64,000 nt of DNA, taken from Candidatus Obscuribacterales bacterium. GTDB lineage: Bacteria > Cyanobacteriota > Vampirovibrionia > Obscuribacterales > Obscuribacteraceae. Positions 51,891 through 63,762 of this stretch are shown one piece after another; within the stretch, counting starts at the first letter, position 1; the number at the start of each line of letters is the position of its first letter. A program made the translations under genes and the position numbers. Below the pieces are notes generated by a model that was not told where the DNA came from, did no database searches, and worked only from the letters and a program-made list of their open reading frames with translations. Location: assembly GCA_965228855.1 (NCBI GenBank), contig CBDDIJ010000003.1, positions 224,001 through 288,000 of the forward strand, read 5' to 3'.

Positions 51891-53752
51891 TGTGCTACCA
51901 CCGTATCTGACACCACCGACGAGCCTCCCAAACCAATGAACAGAGGTCCATAAAACTCATCTTGATATAGATCTATTTTACCGGCATTCGAAAGAAATAG
52001 CGATGCAAGGAAGGCGTCAACCCAGTCATTGTGATCGTCCAGCAACACAACCATTTGCAGGAGTTCAATTTTCTCTCCAAGCTTCAAAATCTTCGCAAGG
52101 AGGAGTTCCACTTTCTCAATGGTTGATTCGACGTCTTCATCGTGAGCCAGGTCCAGCAGGTCATCTACGCCGTCTACTTCATGCTGACCGGCCAGTTCGA
52201 TGACTGCCCGAGCCGGTTTTTTCTCTGCCCGAGTTTTCTCGATTCGCTCTGCTTCTCGCAGAGCATCGATCAGTTCTTCGAGTGTTACTTGGCGTTTTCT
52301 AACCTGTCTTCTTTGTGATCTTCGAACGATCGCCTTCTCGAGATCCTTCAAAGTGATTTGTCTGACATATGAATCGGAGTCGATGATGTCTCCGTTTTCA
52401 TCGAAATCCAGGAAATCATCTCCTGACGGATCTTCGTCGGCAGACTGGTTAAGCAGCGCCTCAGCTTTCATCCGGAGAAGAACGCAGGCGTGGAACAGAA
52501 TTTTTCCGCTCTGACGCAAGTTCTCTTTCGGAGCCGCTGCTATGAGTTTTAAAAATTTGTCGGTAACATCAATGATGTCGACGTTCTTTGGATCAATCTC
52601 GCCCTTCAACGCGAGTTGAACAAGAATTTCAATACCATCGGATGGTGCGACTTCGCGACCGCTGGCATTCTCAATCAACTGCTCAGCGTTGACCGACAGA
52701 GTAATGTCCTCGTCCGGACTTGTGCCCTCAAGCGCCTCGTCAGTGCCGACATCGCCGGAAAGGTCTTCGGTGGTCTCGCCGACAACAATTTCGTTTGATA
52801 CCGTCGATGGTTCTTTCAACGCTTCAATCGCCATCGTCGTAGATCTCTGCGTCATGCTTACGATTTTTGCGATCACAGCAGGCGTAGGATCGACAAAAGG
52901 CGGTTTCTCAACTGCAGCCTCACAGATAATAATTGGTTCTTCTGTGACGGGCTCGATCGCAATGCCTTTTGGCGACTTCTTGGTTTTACGCTTAGCGGCG
53001 CCCGCTTGCCGGTCTTCAGGAGCGCCTTTCGGAAGCGGAAGCGGCAAGGGCAGCGGCAGAACTTGTTGAATCGGAACTTCAATCGTCGGCTCTTCCGTTT
53101 GGAAAACCGTTCCGACCTGAGGAGCTTCGATAATTGGAACTTCTACGATGGGCGTGCCAACGACCGGAGTTTCAATGCCTGGAACTTCTACGATGGGCGT
53201 GTCAACGACTGAAGTTCCAATGCCTGGAACTTCTACGATGGGCGTGTCAACGACTGAAGTTTCAATGCCTGGAACTTCGACGATGGGCGTGCCAACGACC
53301 GGAGTTTCGATGATTGGAACTTCGACGATGGGCGTGCCAACTACTGAAGTTTCAATGCCTGGAACCTCGACGATTGGAAGTTCAACGATTGGCGTTGCCA
53401 CGAGAGGAACTTCCACGCTTTGTTCTGCCGACGGAATTTCTACTACTGAGTCGTTCGCGATCTGCGTTCCGACCGGCGGCGTTATCTCCGCGATGTTGTT
53501 TGATGTCAGAGTTGTTGAGTCGTCTGGCGGCGTTACATCTATAACTCCGTCAAGGTCGATTTCGCTTGCAGTCTGAGCGTCAATTTTGGCAGCCGCGTCC
53601 TCAGACACCGCCGGCGGTTGCTCACTGCCACCGCTGGACGGCTCTACCTTCTTCGCATCAGAAAGTGCCTCACCTTCCGTCACCACCACAGGTGGCACCG
53701 ACCCGCCGACATCCGGCATGTTATTCATTAGAGGTACATCTGGAAGATCCAC
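51887..53752 (-). CDS. scpA: Kleisin ScpA with long repetitive N-terminal extension
   Basis: C-terminal IEILVQLA..GEIDP..VDIIDVTDKFL...LLRMKAE...FLASLFL...KIDLYQDEFYGPL; lies between smc and scpB. Confidence 0.88.
   Translation of the reverse strand: MDLPDVPLMNNMPDVGGSVPPVVVTEGEALSDAKKVEPSSGGSEQPPAVSEDAAAKIDAQTASEIDLDGVIDVTPPDDSTTLTSNNIAEITPPVGTQIANDSVVEIPSAEQSVEVPLVATPIVELPIVEVPGIETSVVGTPIVEVPIIETPVVGTPIVEVPGIETSVVDTPIVEVPGIGTSVVDTPIVEVPGIETPVVGTPIVEVPIIEAPQVGTVFQTEEPTIEVPIQQVLPLPLPLPLPKGAPEDRQAGAAKRKTKKSPKGIAIEPVTEEPIIICEAAVEKPPFVDPTPAVIAKIVSMTQRSTTMAIEALKEPSTVSNEIVVGETTEDLSGDVGTDEALEGTSPDEDITLSVNAEQLIENASGREVAPSDGIEILVQLALKGEIDPKNVDIIDVTDKFLKLIAAAPKENLRQSGKILFHACVLLRMKAEALLNQSADEDPSGDDFLDFDENGDIIDSDSYVRQITLKDLEKAIVRRSQRRQVRKRQVTLEELIDALREAERIEKTRAEKKPARAVIELAGQHEVDGVDDLLDLAHDEDVESTIEKVELLLAKILKLGEKIELLQMVVLLDDHNDWVDAFLASLFLSNAGKIDLYQDEFYGPLFIGLGGSSVVSDTVVAQ
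53136..53390 (-). repeat. 45-bp coding tandem repeat (~6 units) in scpA
   Basis: Units start at 53136, 53181, 53226, 53271, 53316 and 53361; encode ET(P/S)VV(G/D)TPIVEVP(G/I)I. Confidence 0.92.
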
Positions 53753-53757
53753 GGCAC

Positions 53758-56700
53758 TTATGCCCCCACAGCGTGGGCCGGTTCAGGCGTCTCAGGAATC
53801 TTGATCTCTTGCATTCCAACAACACGAGAGTAACCATCGGCTCTAAGCGAAACACCAATCGCATGGTCGGAGTTCTCGATCATCGGACGACGCAGGGACA
53901 CTGCTACGAATTGTGCCTCTGCGGATTGTCTCTTGATCATGCGCGCAAGACGATCAGCGTTTGCACCGTCGAGCATCATGTCGACTTCGTCGAATGCGTA
54001 GAACGGCGCCGGAGCGTAGCGTTGGAAGGCGAATACGAATGAGAGTGCCGTAAGCGACTTCTCTCCGCCGGAGAGCGCCTCGATGCGTTGCATCTTCTTG
54101 TCGCGTGGTTGAGCGCGAATAACCAGTCCGCCCTCGAACGGTCTGTCCGGATGTTCGAGTTCGAGCTTTCCATGACCGTGACTGAGTTCGGCAAAAATCG
54201 CCTGGAAGTTAGCGTTGATGGCGTCATAGGCTTCCATGAACGTTCTCTTCTTCAACTCACCGTATCCTTCGATACGCTGAATGATTTCTTCCTTCTCTTG
54301 TTCGAGTGTGGCGAGATTCTCGTCGAGTTCTTGCTGACGCTGCTCTGTCGTATTGTAGTCTTCCAGCGCTTTCATGTTGACCGGCTCGAGCGAGCGCATG
54401 CGTTTTTCCAAACGGTCCACTTCACGCTTGAGTTCTTCCACCGTCTTCGTATTTGGTGGCTCGTAGTTCGGATTCTCCTGTAGGAGAACCTCGATGTCTT
54501 GTTTAACCGTCGCAAGTTCTCTCGTCACATCAAAGTGAGCCATTTGATGGCTCTTGCGTTGTTCGATAATCCGAATAACTTCCTGGTCGAGTTTCGTTTT
54601 TGAAACTTCCTGCGCGGTGACCTGATCGTGAATTTTGTCTTTGGTCTCACGCAATGACTCCAGCTCTGCCGAAATTGCGCGTGTTTTACGCTCCATCTCG
54701 GCAATCGCTTCATTCATTGCCTGGATATTTTCTTTGAAAACAGGCTCCTGGACTATAACTTCCTGAATCTCTTGCGTGACCGAATCGAGTTGCTTGACTA
54801 AACTTTCACGATTGTTGTTTTCAACAGTTTCTTCAGTTTCGATTCGATCGACAAGTCTCTGAATCTCGTTGAATTCGCTTTCAACTGCATTCAAGTCCGA
54901 GCGCACTTCTTCCGACTCTGTAATCAGTTTTTCGAGCGCGGATTGTTTGCCCTTATCTCTGATTCCGTCAAGGGATTGTTCTAGAACGCTGATGCGTCCA
55001 GCCAGCTCTTTGACTGACTCTTCAACGTTCGCCATCTCTTGATCGATTTCATCAATTTCGTCGCCCTTAGAGCGCAGCTGCGGCTTGATGTTTTCGATGG
55101 CTTCGTCCAGATCAATTGTTTGTTGGCGCTGGTTATCGATTTCAACTTTGCGTTTAGCCAGATCAGCCTTTGATTCGCTCTGTTTCTTGCGCTCTTCGGC
55201 TAAGCTCTGGGTCAATTCTTTGATTGAGTCCTTGAGCCACTTAACCTGGTCGGCGATATTTTTCGCTGACTGTTTGAGAACGCCAAGATCGGTTTCACCT
55301 TTATTGGAAAAGTGGAACCGCGATTTGTTGTCCTTACCACCTGTGATACTGCCTGATTTTTCGAATAGTTCGCCTTCGGACGTAACCATTCTTGCCTGGT
55401 TGATCATCTTCCTGGCGTTATCGATGTGATCGACGACGATTGTTCCGCCGCAGGCGTATTGAAACGCTTTGGTGAAGCGCTGATCGAAATCGACCAGGTT
55501 GTACGCGAAGTCGATTACGCCAGGTCTGTTTGGAAGCAGACCTGGTGGTTGAGAAACGATTTTATTGAGAGGAACGAATGTCGCGCGACCAGCATTGTTA
55601 TCTTTCAGATATTGAATGCATTCGCGAGCAACATGATCGTCTTCAACGACGATGTGTGTCAAACGAGGACCAATACAAGTTTCAAGTGCGACTTGATAGT
55701 CCTCATCGACTGAGCCGAGCTGTCCGATTGTGCCGTGAACACCTTTTATGCCGCTGCCGAGAATGACTTCAACAGCTTTGCCGTAACCGGTCTCGCCGGA
55801 AATATCTTTCTGCGTTTCCAACTCGATGACTCTGCGATTGACCATCTGCAGGGCGTGAGTCTTCGACTCGATTTCTTCGTTGGTCGAATCGAGTTCGGCC
55901 TCTAGCTGCTGGATCGATCTGTCAATGCCGAGAACGAGCGCTTCTTGATCGACGTACTTTCTCTCGACAAAACCTAGAGAATTCTTCAAAGCAGCCGATT
56001 TCGTAATCTTTTCGGTGGCCTGACCGCGCAAACCCTCGAGTTCTTTCTCCAAGCCGCGACGTCTGGTTTCCAGTTCTGTCTTCTTCAACGACAGAAGGTG
56101 GTTCTGTTCCCTCAGCTTCTGCAGGTCTGTATGCAGACCCGAAACCTTTTCAGATGACTTATCCTTTTCCTGGCGGTGAATTTCAATCTCCGCCATGACG
56201 GCACTGTAGGCGCCCTGTCTTTCCATCAAAACCAGCTCGACTGCCTTGCGGTCTTCGATATGCTGCTTCTTCTGTTTTGCTAGCTTATTGAGGTGTTTTT
56301 CGATAGTTTTGACCTGCTCCTGAATATTTTTCAGCAGCTTCTCTTTTTCGCCGACGACACCCTGTAAGTTGGAAAGTTTGTTTTCTTCACGTGTTAATTC
56401 GCCTCGTTTGTTGTCGAGTTCCTGGCGAATGAGAAGTTGTTCGTTGCCGCCTTTGTCTTTGATTTCCTCGTCGATCCGTCCCATCTCGGCTCGCAATTCG
56501 AGGAGATTGATTTCGGTCGTGTGAAGTTTGTCGGCTAGCTCGGACTCTTTTCCTTCAAGCCTTTCAATCTCGGCAAGCTCTTTCCTCGCCCGCTCTTCAA
56601 GCTCGATCGCGCGAACGAAAATCAAATCCTTTTCGATTGCTTCCTTCTTGGTCTTCAAATCGAGATATTTGAGCGCCTGGTCACGGTCTGCCCGAAGCAC

Positions 56701-57291
56701 TTCGAGACGCGCGATGATTTCGCTCAAAACAATGCGCTGATGATCAATCTTCTCGCCGACCGAACCCAGTTCGGTCTGAGCCTGATCGATTCTGCGATCG
56801 AAATCAGCGACACCGGCGAGCTCGTCGATAATCTTGCGGCGCTCAGTTGCGCTCATAGTTACGATTCCGGTCACGTCGCCCTGCATGATGACGTTGAATC
56901 CCGTCGGACTAACGTTATATTTCATCAGGCGATCATGGATCTCACTCAGCGTAGCGCCTTTGCCGTTGAGCAGATATGAACTGGTGTATGAATTGTCGTC
57001 TTTTACTCGGATACGCCGAGTCACTTCGATCTCGACGTTATCAGGGCTGACGAATTTGACGCGGACCTTCGCTTCCTTCCGCCCACTTAAATTATTTAGA
57101 AGATCGGGCAATCTTTCCGCCCGCATCGATCGAGTTGACGACAAACCGAGTGCAAAAAGCAGACTGTCGATGATGTTTGACTTACCGGATCCATTCGGAC
57201 CTGAGATCGTCGTAAACCCGTCCAGGAGAGGCACGAGCGTCGACTTGCCGAATGACTTGAAGTTGTCTAACTCGATTTCCTTGATTCGCAA
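53758..57291 (-). CDS. smc: Chromosome segregation protein SMC
   Basis: FKSF, GPNGSGKSN, hinge GRATFVPL, LSGGEKSL and FDEVD motifs. Confidence 0.97.
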   Translation of the reverse strand: MRIKEIELDNFKSFGKSTLVPLLDGFTTISGPNGSGKSNIIDSLLFALGLSSTRSMRAERLPDLLNNLSGRKEAKVRVKFVSPDNVEIEVTRRIRVKDDNSYTSSYLLNGKGATLSEIHDRLMKYNVSPTGFNVIMQGDVTGIVTMSATERRKIIDELAGVADFDRRIDQAQTELGSVGEKIDHQRIVLSEIIARLEVLRADRDQALKYLDLKTKKEAIEKDLIFVRAIELEERARKELAEIERLEGKESELADKLHTTEINLLELRAEMGRIDEEIKDKGGNEQLLIRQELDNKRGELTREENKLSNLQGVVGEKEKLLKNIQEQVKTIEKHLNKLAKQKKQHIEDRKAVELVLMERQGAYSAVMAEIEIHRQEKDKSSEKVSGLHTDLQKLREQNHLLSLKKTELETRRRGLEKELEGLRGQATEKITKSAALKNSLGFVERKYVDQEALVLGIDRSIQQLEAELDSTNEEIESKTHALQMVNRRVIELETQKDISGETGYGKAVEVILGSGIKGVHGTIGQLGSVDEDYQVALETCIGPRLTHIVVEDDHVARECIQYLKDNNAGRATFVPLNKIVSQPPGLLPNRPGVIDFAYNLVDFDQRFTKAFQYACGGTIVVDHIDNARKMINQARMVTSEGELFEKSGSITGGKDNKSRFHFSNKGETDLGVLKQSAKNIADQVKWLKDSIKELTQSLAEERKKQSESKADLAKRKVEIDNQRQQTIDLDEAIENIKPQLRSKGDEIDEIDQEMANVEESVKELAGRISVLEQSLDGIRDKGKQSALEKLITESEEVRSDLNAVESEFNEIQRLVDRIETEETVENNNRESLVKQLDSVTQEIQEVIVQEPVFKENIQAMNEAIAEMERKTRAISAELESLRETKDKIHDQVTAQEVSKTKLDQEVIRIIEQRKSHQMAHFDVTRELATVKQDIEVLLQENPNYEPPNTKTVEELKREVDRLEKRMRSLEPVNMKALEDYNTTEQRQQELDENLATLEQEKEEIIQRIEGYGELKKRTFMEAYDAINANFQAIFAELSHGHGKLELEHPDRPFEGGLVIRAQPRDKKMQRIEALSGGEKSLTALSFVFAFQRYAPAPFYAFDEVDMMLDGANADRLARMIKRQSAEAQFVAVSLRRPMIENSDHAIGVSLRADGYSRVVGMQEIKIPETPEPAHAVGA

Positions 57292-57676
57292 GAGTCTTTC
57301 TCGCTCCAGTTTCCCAGCCGCATTACACTATACACTTGCAGTAGTGTCAAGCCTTAGTGGTTTCACGTTTGGTGCCTAAGTTGTTCGTCCCAACTTTGAG
57401 TATATACACGGAATGTCCATAATATGCGCTTTTCACAACGACATCGAAACAAATTTTACTGGCACCACTGGTGGTTTGTCACCACATTTGGTTCGTCTGA
57501 TAGCAGTTTGTTTTGACTGGATATAACCCAATTTTGTTGACGATCGGCTATCGATCGATCGCTGTGATCGGATCCCTTCCTCCCTCTGGAATTGATATAA
57601 AAGACATGCTACGCTAGCTTTCTGGAAATCCGATCTTTTTGTCAAAATCACTGAATTTTTACCAGCGGGTGGCGTT

Positions 57677-58906
57677 TTGCAAACACCTCGGAAAGAGAAG
57701 CAGGCTTTGATTGGCGACCTTCTGGTCCGAGCGGAGCTCATCAGCCGTCATGATCTGACTAACGCTTTGACTATCGCTAGACAGATGTCGCTACCTATCG
57801 GGCATATACTAACGGTTAATGGTTTCGTCACGGATGAGGAGCTCAATGCTGCGCTCCGAGTCCAGGCACTGGTCCGGGATAAGCTCCTTGCCGAGCAACA
57901 AGGAATTGATGCACTGACCGTGGTGCGAGAGCAGAAGAAGTCGATTGAGGACGCTCTCGATGAGCAGAACTGGCGCTCCGAATACCTGACTTTCACGAAA
58001 AATCTCGGGCAACTCTTAATTGATGCAAACGCCGTAACTCCGGATAAGCTCAAAAGCGCTCTGGCGGCCTGTCATTCATCCGGTCTTCCGCTCGGTCGCG
58101 TGCTTGTCTTGCAGGGAGCGATTTCGGAATTCGTCGCATACGCCGCCCTCACGGCTCAGGCACTCTTGCGCGACAAGAAAATTGCCAGGGACCAGGCTGT
58201 GGGTAGCTTGCGGCTCACGTCCATGCACGGCGATACAATCGAGGATTACCTCGAGTTTGGCGGTTTGCGCAAGATTCGACCCGATCATGTCTTGCGTCTT
58301 GGTGAGATGTTCGTCTTGTCCGGACTGGTTTCAGAACTCGATCTTCTCTCAGCGGTCGAAACAGGATTGATGGAAGCGCAGCCGATCGGACATATCCTCG
58401 TTCAACATAATCTTATCCGGCAAGAGGCTATTGATGCGGCTCTTCGCCTTCAAGATCTCATTAGAGAACAAAAGATAGAGCCGCTTAAGGCGGTTGACGT
58501 TTTAAAAGAATACGCTTCCCGCCAGGCTGGCAGCGGCAATTTCGAGCAGATTGTCGAACGCATCGCCAAGAAGAAAATTAAACCACCTACGTCCGGACTC
58601 GCGCAGAACGACGCTCGTTTGCTTGAAACTGTTCACGGTCTCGGTTTCGTGTCCGAAACCGAGTTGGCTGAGATTTGCAAGGAGGTCATCGGCGGAAATG
58701 TATCGGTGGTGGACTATCTGACCAGGTGTACGCGCGTCGATGATTCTAAAATCAAGACGGCAATGCGCTGTCGCGAATTGGTCGACAACGGTGCTCTGAC
58801 TATCGAGCAGGCGATTTTCGCGGTCCATATCTGGCTCTGGAGCGGTGGCGCCTTCGATGACGTACTAATGAATGTTGGGTGGCTGCCGGCGAATCAACGG
58901 TCATGA
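57677..58906 (+). CDS. Protein built of tandem MshEN/T2SSE_N-like repeats
   Basis: Repeated (R/P/N)(L/I)GxxLxxxGxxxxxxLxxALxxQ-like units. Confidence 0.7.
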   Translation: MQTPRKEKQALIGDLLVRAELISRHDLTNALTIARQMSLPIGHILTVNGFVTDEELNAALRVQALVRDKLLAEQQGIDALTVVREQKKSIEDALDEQNWRSEYLTFTKNLGQLLIDANAVTPDKLKSALAACHSSGLPLGRVLVLQGAISEFVAYAALTAQALLRDKKIARDQAVGSLRLTSMHGDTIEDYLEFGGLRKIRPDHVLRLGEMFVLSGLVSELDLLSAVETGLMEAQPIGHILVQHNLIRQEAIDAALRLQDLIREQKIEPLKAVDVLKEYASRQAGSGNFEQIVERIAKKKIKPPTSGLAQNDARLLETVHGLGFVSETELAEICKEVIGGNVSVVDYLTRCTRVDDSKIKTAMRCRELVDNGALTIEQAIFAVHIWLWSGGAFDDVLMNVGWLPANQRS

Positions 58907-58928
58907 GCGCTCAGAAAGGTCTATAAAC

Positions 58929-60809
58929 TTATCCGTTAGGCTCCAGCTTTTTGATCAATTCTTGAGCCGACGCACAATCACTGTCGTTGGGTGCGGCCGA
59001 AACGAAGGTTTTTAGCTCCTGAAGAGCTTCTTGATTCTTGCCGGCTTTCAGCAAAATCAAGGCAAGGTTGTAGTGAACTGAAATGAGATCGGGTTGTTGC
59101 TCTAGCGCCTTTCGATACTCGTCGATGCACTCTTGCGCGTGATCGCCCTCCAGCTGGGAGAGTATCCATGCTCGATTGTAGTGACACTCCGAGTCATCGG
59201 CATACTGCTTGACCCATTTCTTAGATGCGTCATCGGCAAGCGGCAATTTCTGCTGTGCGATGAGGAGGCGAAGAATGGCTCCCATCGCAGACTTTCGGAT
59301 GCTGCGGTTCGGCTTCAAATCCATTGTGCGTTCAAACTGCAAGCGCGCGCCATTTGCATCGCGGTTTGCGTCCAAATATTTTCCAAGCGTCATGTGTGTC
59401 GCTGGTTCGTTGGGAGCTAGTTGGGTAGCCTTTTTCGCTTGTTTAATCGCTTCATCCAGGTCTCCGATTTTTTCATTTGCGTGCGCGAGTTTCAGCGCAA
59501 GGTTGGCATTGCCTGGACTCAAAACAGACAAGCGCGCCAGTGTGCTCTTCGACTCCTTGTACTCCTTGTTTTCGAGCAATGCGTCAGCAAGCAGCAACAT
59601 CGACTGCCACTCCGCCGGAGCATCTTGCTTTAGATTCTGTGCAACTTTGAGCGCTTCTTCGGGTTGTTTGGCTTCCATGAGGGCTCGACCGTAAGCAACG
59701 CGCGCCGGTATAAGAGTGGGTTCCAACGTGACCGCTTTGGTCGCATCTGCTAACGCCTTATCCGGTTTTCCAAGTGCGATAAACAAAAATGCGCGATTCA
59801 CATATGCCGCAGTGTAAGCATTATTCTCTCTTATCGCTCGGTCAAAAAATGCGGAAGCCGCCTCATAATCGCCTTTTCCAGCTAGAACTGCGCCGAGATT
59901 GTTGTTGAGCTTCGGATTGATCGGAGCGATCTTGACAGCTTCAGAAAAATATTTTTCTGCCGCATTCATGTCGTTAGTTCCAACTTTGTCGAAACCAAGA
60001 ACGCCATTCCAAGCGGCTTTGTCGTAGTTCTTCTCTGTCGGCTCGGTGGCGTAGAGTGGTAATACAAAGCCAAGTTCGTCTACCGCAACGGAAATTTTTC
60101 CGGAGGTGACTTGTTGGGGCGCGGGCGCGTCTTTCATCTTGAGCGGCACCAGTACTGGCACTTTGAAGACGGAGACAGCGCTTATTCCAAGTCCGACTCC
60201 GCCTTTTTTGTCAGGCGACAAATTGGGACCTTGCTCTTCTCTGGTGTTGAACCACCCCAGTGAGATCATGTAAGGAAGCGGTTGTTCCGACAGATACGCG
60301 TATATATGAACGCGTTTTTGACCTTTATATTTCTCCTCTGACAATCTAACGCGGTGATCTTTATCTATACGGATGCGAACAGACGGACAGATTGCCACCC
60401 TCGTTTTCAAATCCAGTTGCTTCTTTGTTGCCGAATCGCGCTGACCTTCGGCTTCTGTTTTTGCCGCAGCAGATTCAGACTGCGCGGCCGCCGCATCGGT
60501 TTTGTTTGAAGCAGATTCCGACTGCGCGGCTGCCGCATCGGTTTTGTTTGAAGCAGTTTCCGACTGCGAGGCCGCCGCATCGGTTTTGCTTGCACCAGAT
60601 TCAGACTGCGCGGCTGCCGAATCGGTTTTGTTTGAAGCAGATTCAGGTTGTGTGGAACCTGAGTCCGTCTTGCCTTTAGCAGTATCAGGTTGTGCTGAGC
60701 CGGCTTCGGCTGCGACCGGATAAATTGACCCGCTCGATAGCATCACCAGCGCCAGAACGACAACGGCAAACGAACAATTCATTCTCAAATTTTGATTGTT
60801 ACGCATCAC
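58929..60809 (-). CDS. Exported TPR-repeat protein
   Basis: Signal peptide, Ala/Ser-rich repeats and many TPR motifs (NNLGAVLA...A...F.RAI). Confidence 0.85.
   Translation of the reverse strand: MMRNNQNLRMNCSFAVVVLALVMLSSGSIYPVAAEAGSAQPDTAKGKTDSGSTQPESASNKTDSAAAQSESGASKTDAAASQSETASNKTDAAAAQSESASNKTDAAAAQSESAAAKTEAEGQRDSATKKQLDLKTRVAICPSVRIRIDKDHRVRLSEEKYKGQKRVHIYAYLSEQPLPYMISLGWFNTREEQGPNLSPDKKGGVGLGISAVSVFKVPVLVPLKMKDAPAPQQVTSGKISVAVDELGFVLPLYATEPTEKNYDKAAWNGVLGFDKVGTNDMNAAEKYFSEAVKIAPINPKLNNNLGAVLAGKGDYEAASAFFDRAIRENNAYTAAYVNRAFLFIALGKPDKALADATKAVTLEPTLIPARVAYGRALMEAKQPEEALKVAQNLKQDAPAEWQSMLLLADALLENKEYKESKSTLARLSVLSPGNANLALKLAHANEKIGDLDEAIKQAKKATQLAPNEPATHMTLGKYLDANRDANGARLQFERTMDLKPNRSIRKSAMGAILRLLIAQQKLPLADDASKKWVKQYADDSECHYNRAWILSQLEGDHAQECIDEYRKALEQQPDLISVHYNLALILLKAGKNQEALQELKTFVSAAPNDSDCASAQELIKKLEPNG
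60450..60660 (-). repeat. 42-bp coding tandem repeat (~4-5 units)
   Basis: ESASNKTDAAAAQS-type units. Confidence 0.85.
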
Positions 60810-61034
60810 AACCGATTCTAACGCGCTGGAAGCCGAAGAGCCTGAAATCCGAAAATTCCCATTGAGATTTCAGTTACTTAAGAGAAAGTGAGAAGAGTAC
60901 TATCAAACAACGACTCCCTTCATCTGTCGTGAGTTCCGCTCAATCAGGTTGGTTGTCCGGAGATTAACAGAATCTTTTAGCGATTAGCATTTGAACCTTG
61001 GACATCTCTATATAAATAAGGTACGTTTGCATAA

Positions 61035-62276
<1,242 letters not shown>

Positions 62277-62288
62277 CGAAGCCTGTTG

Positions 62289-63029
62289 TTATCGGATTTC
62301 TTCGTCTTCTTTGATTTCGAGAAGAACAGCGTCGTGCTCGTCCTTGCGCTCCTGGGTGATCAGCTTTGCCCCGCCGTCTTTGCCCATGTTGCCCTTCAGA
62401 GCGAGTAATTCCATCTCGATGTCAGCCTGACCCTCGAAGCTCTTGAATTTCTTTTCCAGGGAGTCTGTGCCGAGCTCTGCCAGCGCAGCAGCGCGTGCTT
62501 CCTTCTCCGCGACCTTTGTTTCCATTCTTTCAAAAGTTGATAGTGCGCCTGACGCGGATGATTTTGAGAGAATCTCGTTTGCTTTCGATGTCGCTTGAGC
62601 GGCTTTATCTCTTGCGATAAGGACTTGCTTCTTCGTGTAAGCCTTCTGAACTTCGTTCTCCAGTTCGGTGAGACGTTGACGCAGATTGGATGTTGCCTCT
62701 TTCTGCGACTTGAGCTGAACTTCTAAATCCGCCGCAGCCTGTGCATACTGCGTCTTTCGCTGCAATGCCTGGCGAGCCAGGTCGTCATTATTTTGTTGAA
62801 CAGCCATTGCTGCTCGGTTTTGCCAGGTAGCTGCCTGGTCTTTGTTCTTCTGAAGCTGCTGTTCGAGCTGTTTTTCAGTGGCAATAGCCTGAGCGACTGC
62901 TTGTCGGACCTGAATCAGGTTAGACTGCAGCTCCTGATAAGTCTGTTCAAGCATCATCTGGGGGTCTTCGACCTTGCCCAGTAAGGCATTTACCATTGCC
63001 TTGAAAACCATCGCGATGCGATCGAACAT
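62289..63029 (-). CDS. pspA: PspA/Vipp1 (IM30) family protein
   Basis: MFDRI...N....K.EDP..MLEQ, W..RA..A.....DDLAR.AL, FERME.KV; short C-terminal extension. Confidence 0.92.
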   Translation of the reverse strand: MFDRIAMVFKAMVNALLGKVEDPQMMLEQTYQELQSNLIQVRQAVAQAIATEKQLEQQLQKNKDQAATWQNRAAMAVQQNNDDLARQALQRKTQYAQAAADLEVQLKSQKEATSNLRQRLTELENEVQKAYTKKQVLIARDKAAQATSKANEILSKSSASGALSTFERMETKVAEKEARAAALAELGTDSLEKKFKSFEGQADIEMELLALKGNMGKDGGAKLITQERKDEHDAVLLEIKEDEEIR

Positions 63030-63270
63030 TCTAGAACAACTCCTTTTGGCTCGGGCTCAGAGTCCTTGGCCGCAACTTTTCACTACCAGATAATTAAGTG
63101 TATCAAATACTCAAAATTGTTATTCCCAAACTTTAATTGGTCAAGCGCATAGATAAGGTCATAAGTGAAGGTACATTAAATGTAGAGGATGCTATGAAGT
63201 GTCTGAGAACCTAATGAAACGCTTGACGAGCACACTTCAAAGTATCTTGAATGGACAGGGTTAAAAGAAG

Positions 63271-63576
63271 ATGAAAGATCTAGCGGAGGTGAAAGTGACT
63301 CAAAGTGGTGGACCTCCGATGTGGGCGGTGGCGGCGCAGTGGGGAATGGCACTGGTGGCCTACACCTGCATCTTCGGTTTCGGCGGTTATTATATCGGCG
63401 ATCACTTCATGAACAGCCGTCTCTGGGCGTTGGGGTTGATGATGTTTGGACTCGTAGGTGGCTTTAGTGCAGCTATCTTTCAAATCTTTCGTCAATCTAT
63501 GGCGATCGATCGCTCGACGCCAAATCGTGGAAAGCCTTTACCAGACGAGCCCAAGGAAGATCCCTGGGCGAAGTAA
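63271..63576 (+). CDS. AtpZ/AtpI-family membrane protein
   Basis: Two TM helices with a GYYIGDHF loop; directly upstream of atpB. Confidence 0.65.
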   Translation: MKDLAEVKVTQSGGPPMWAVAAQWGMALVAYTCIFGFGGYYIGDHFMNSRLWALGLMMFGLVGGFSAAIFQIFRQSMAIDRSTPNRGKPLPDEPKEDPWAK

Positions 63577-63762
63577 AACCGTTTTCGCTTTTCGGTTGCA
63601 TCTTGGGAACGCTCGTTTAATGCCGATTCTCAAGATTCATTACCGTTCGGTTTCGCGGCCCAAAGGCGCTGCAACGCATTAATTGTTGTCTGATATCATT
63701 TCATGTCGTGTTCTATAAGCAGCTCTTAGCGCTTTAGAACCTCGAGTCGCTGTGGGGGCAAA

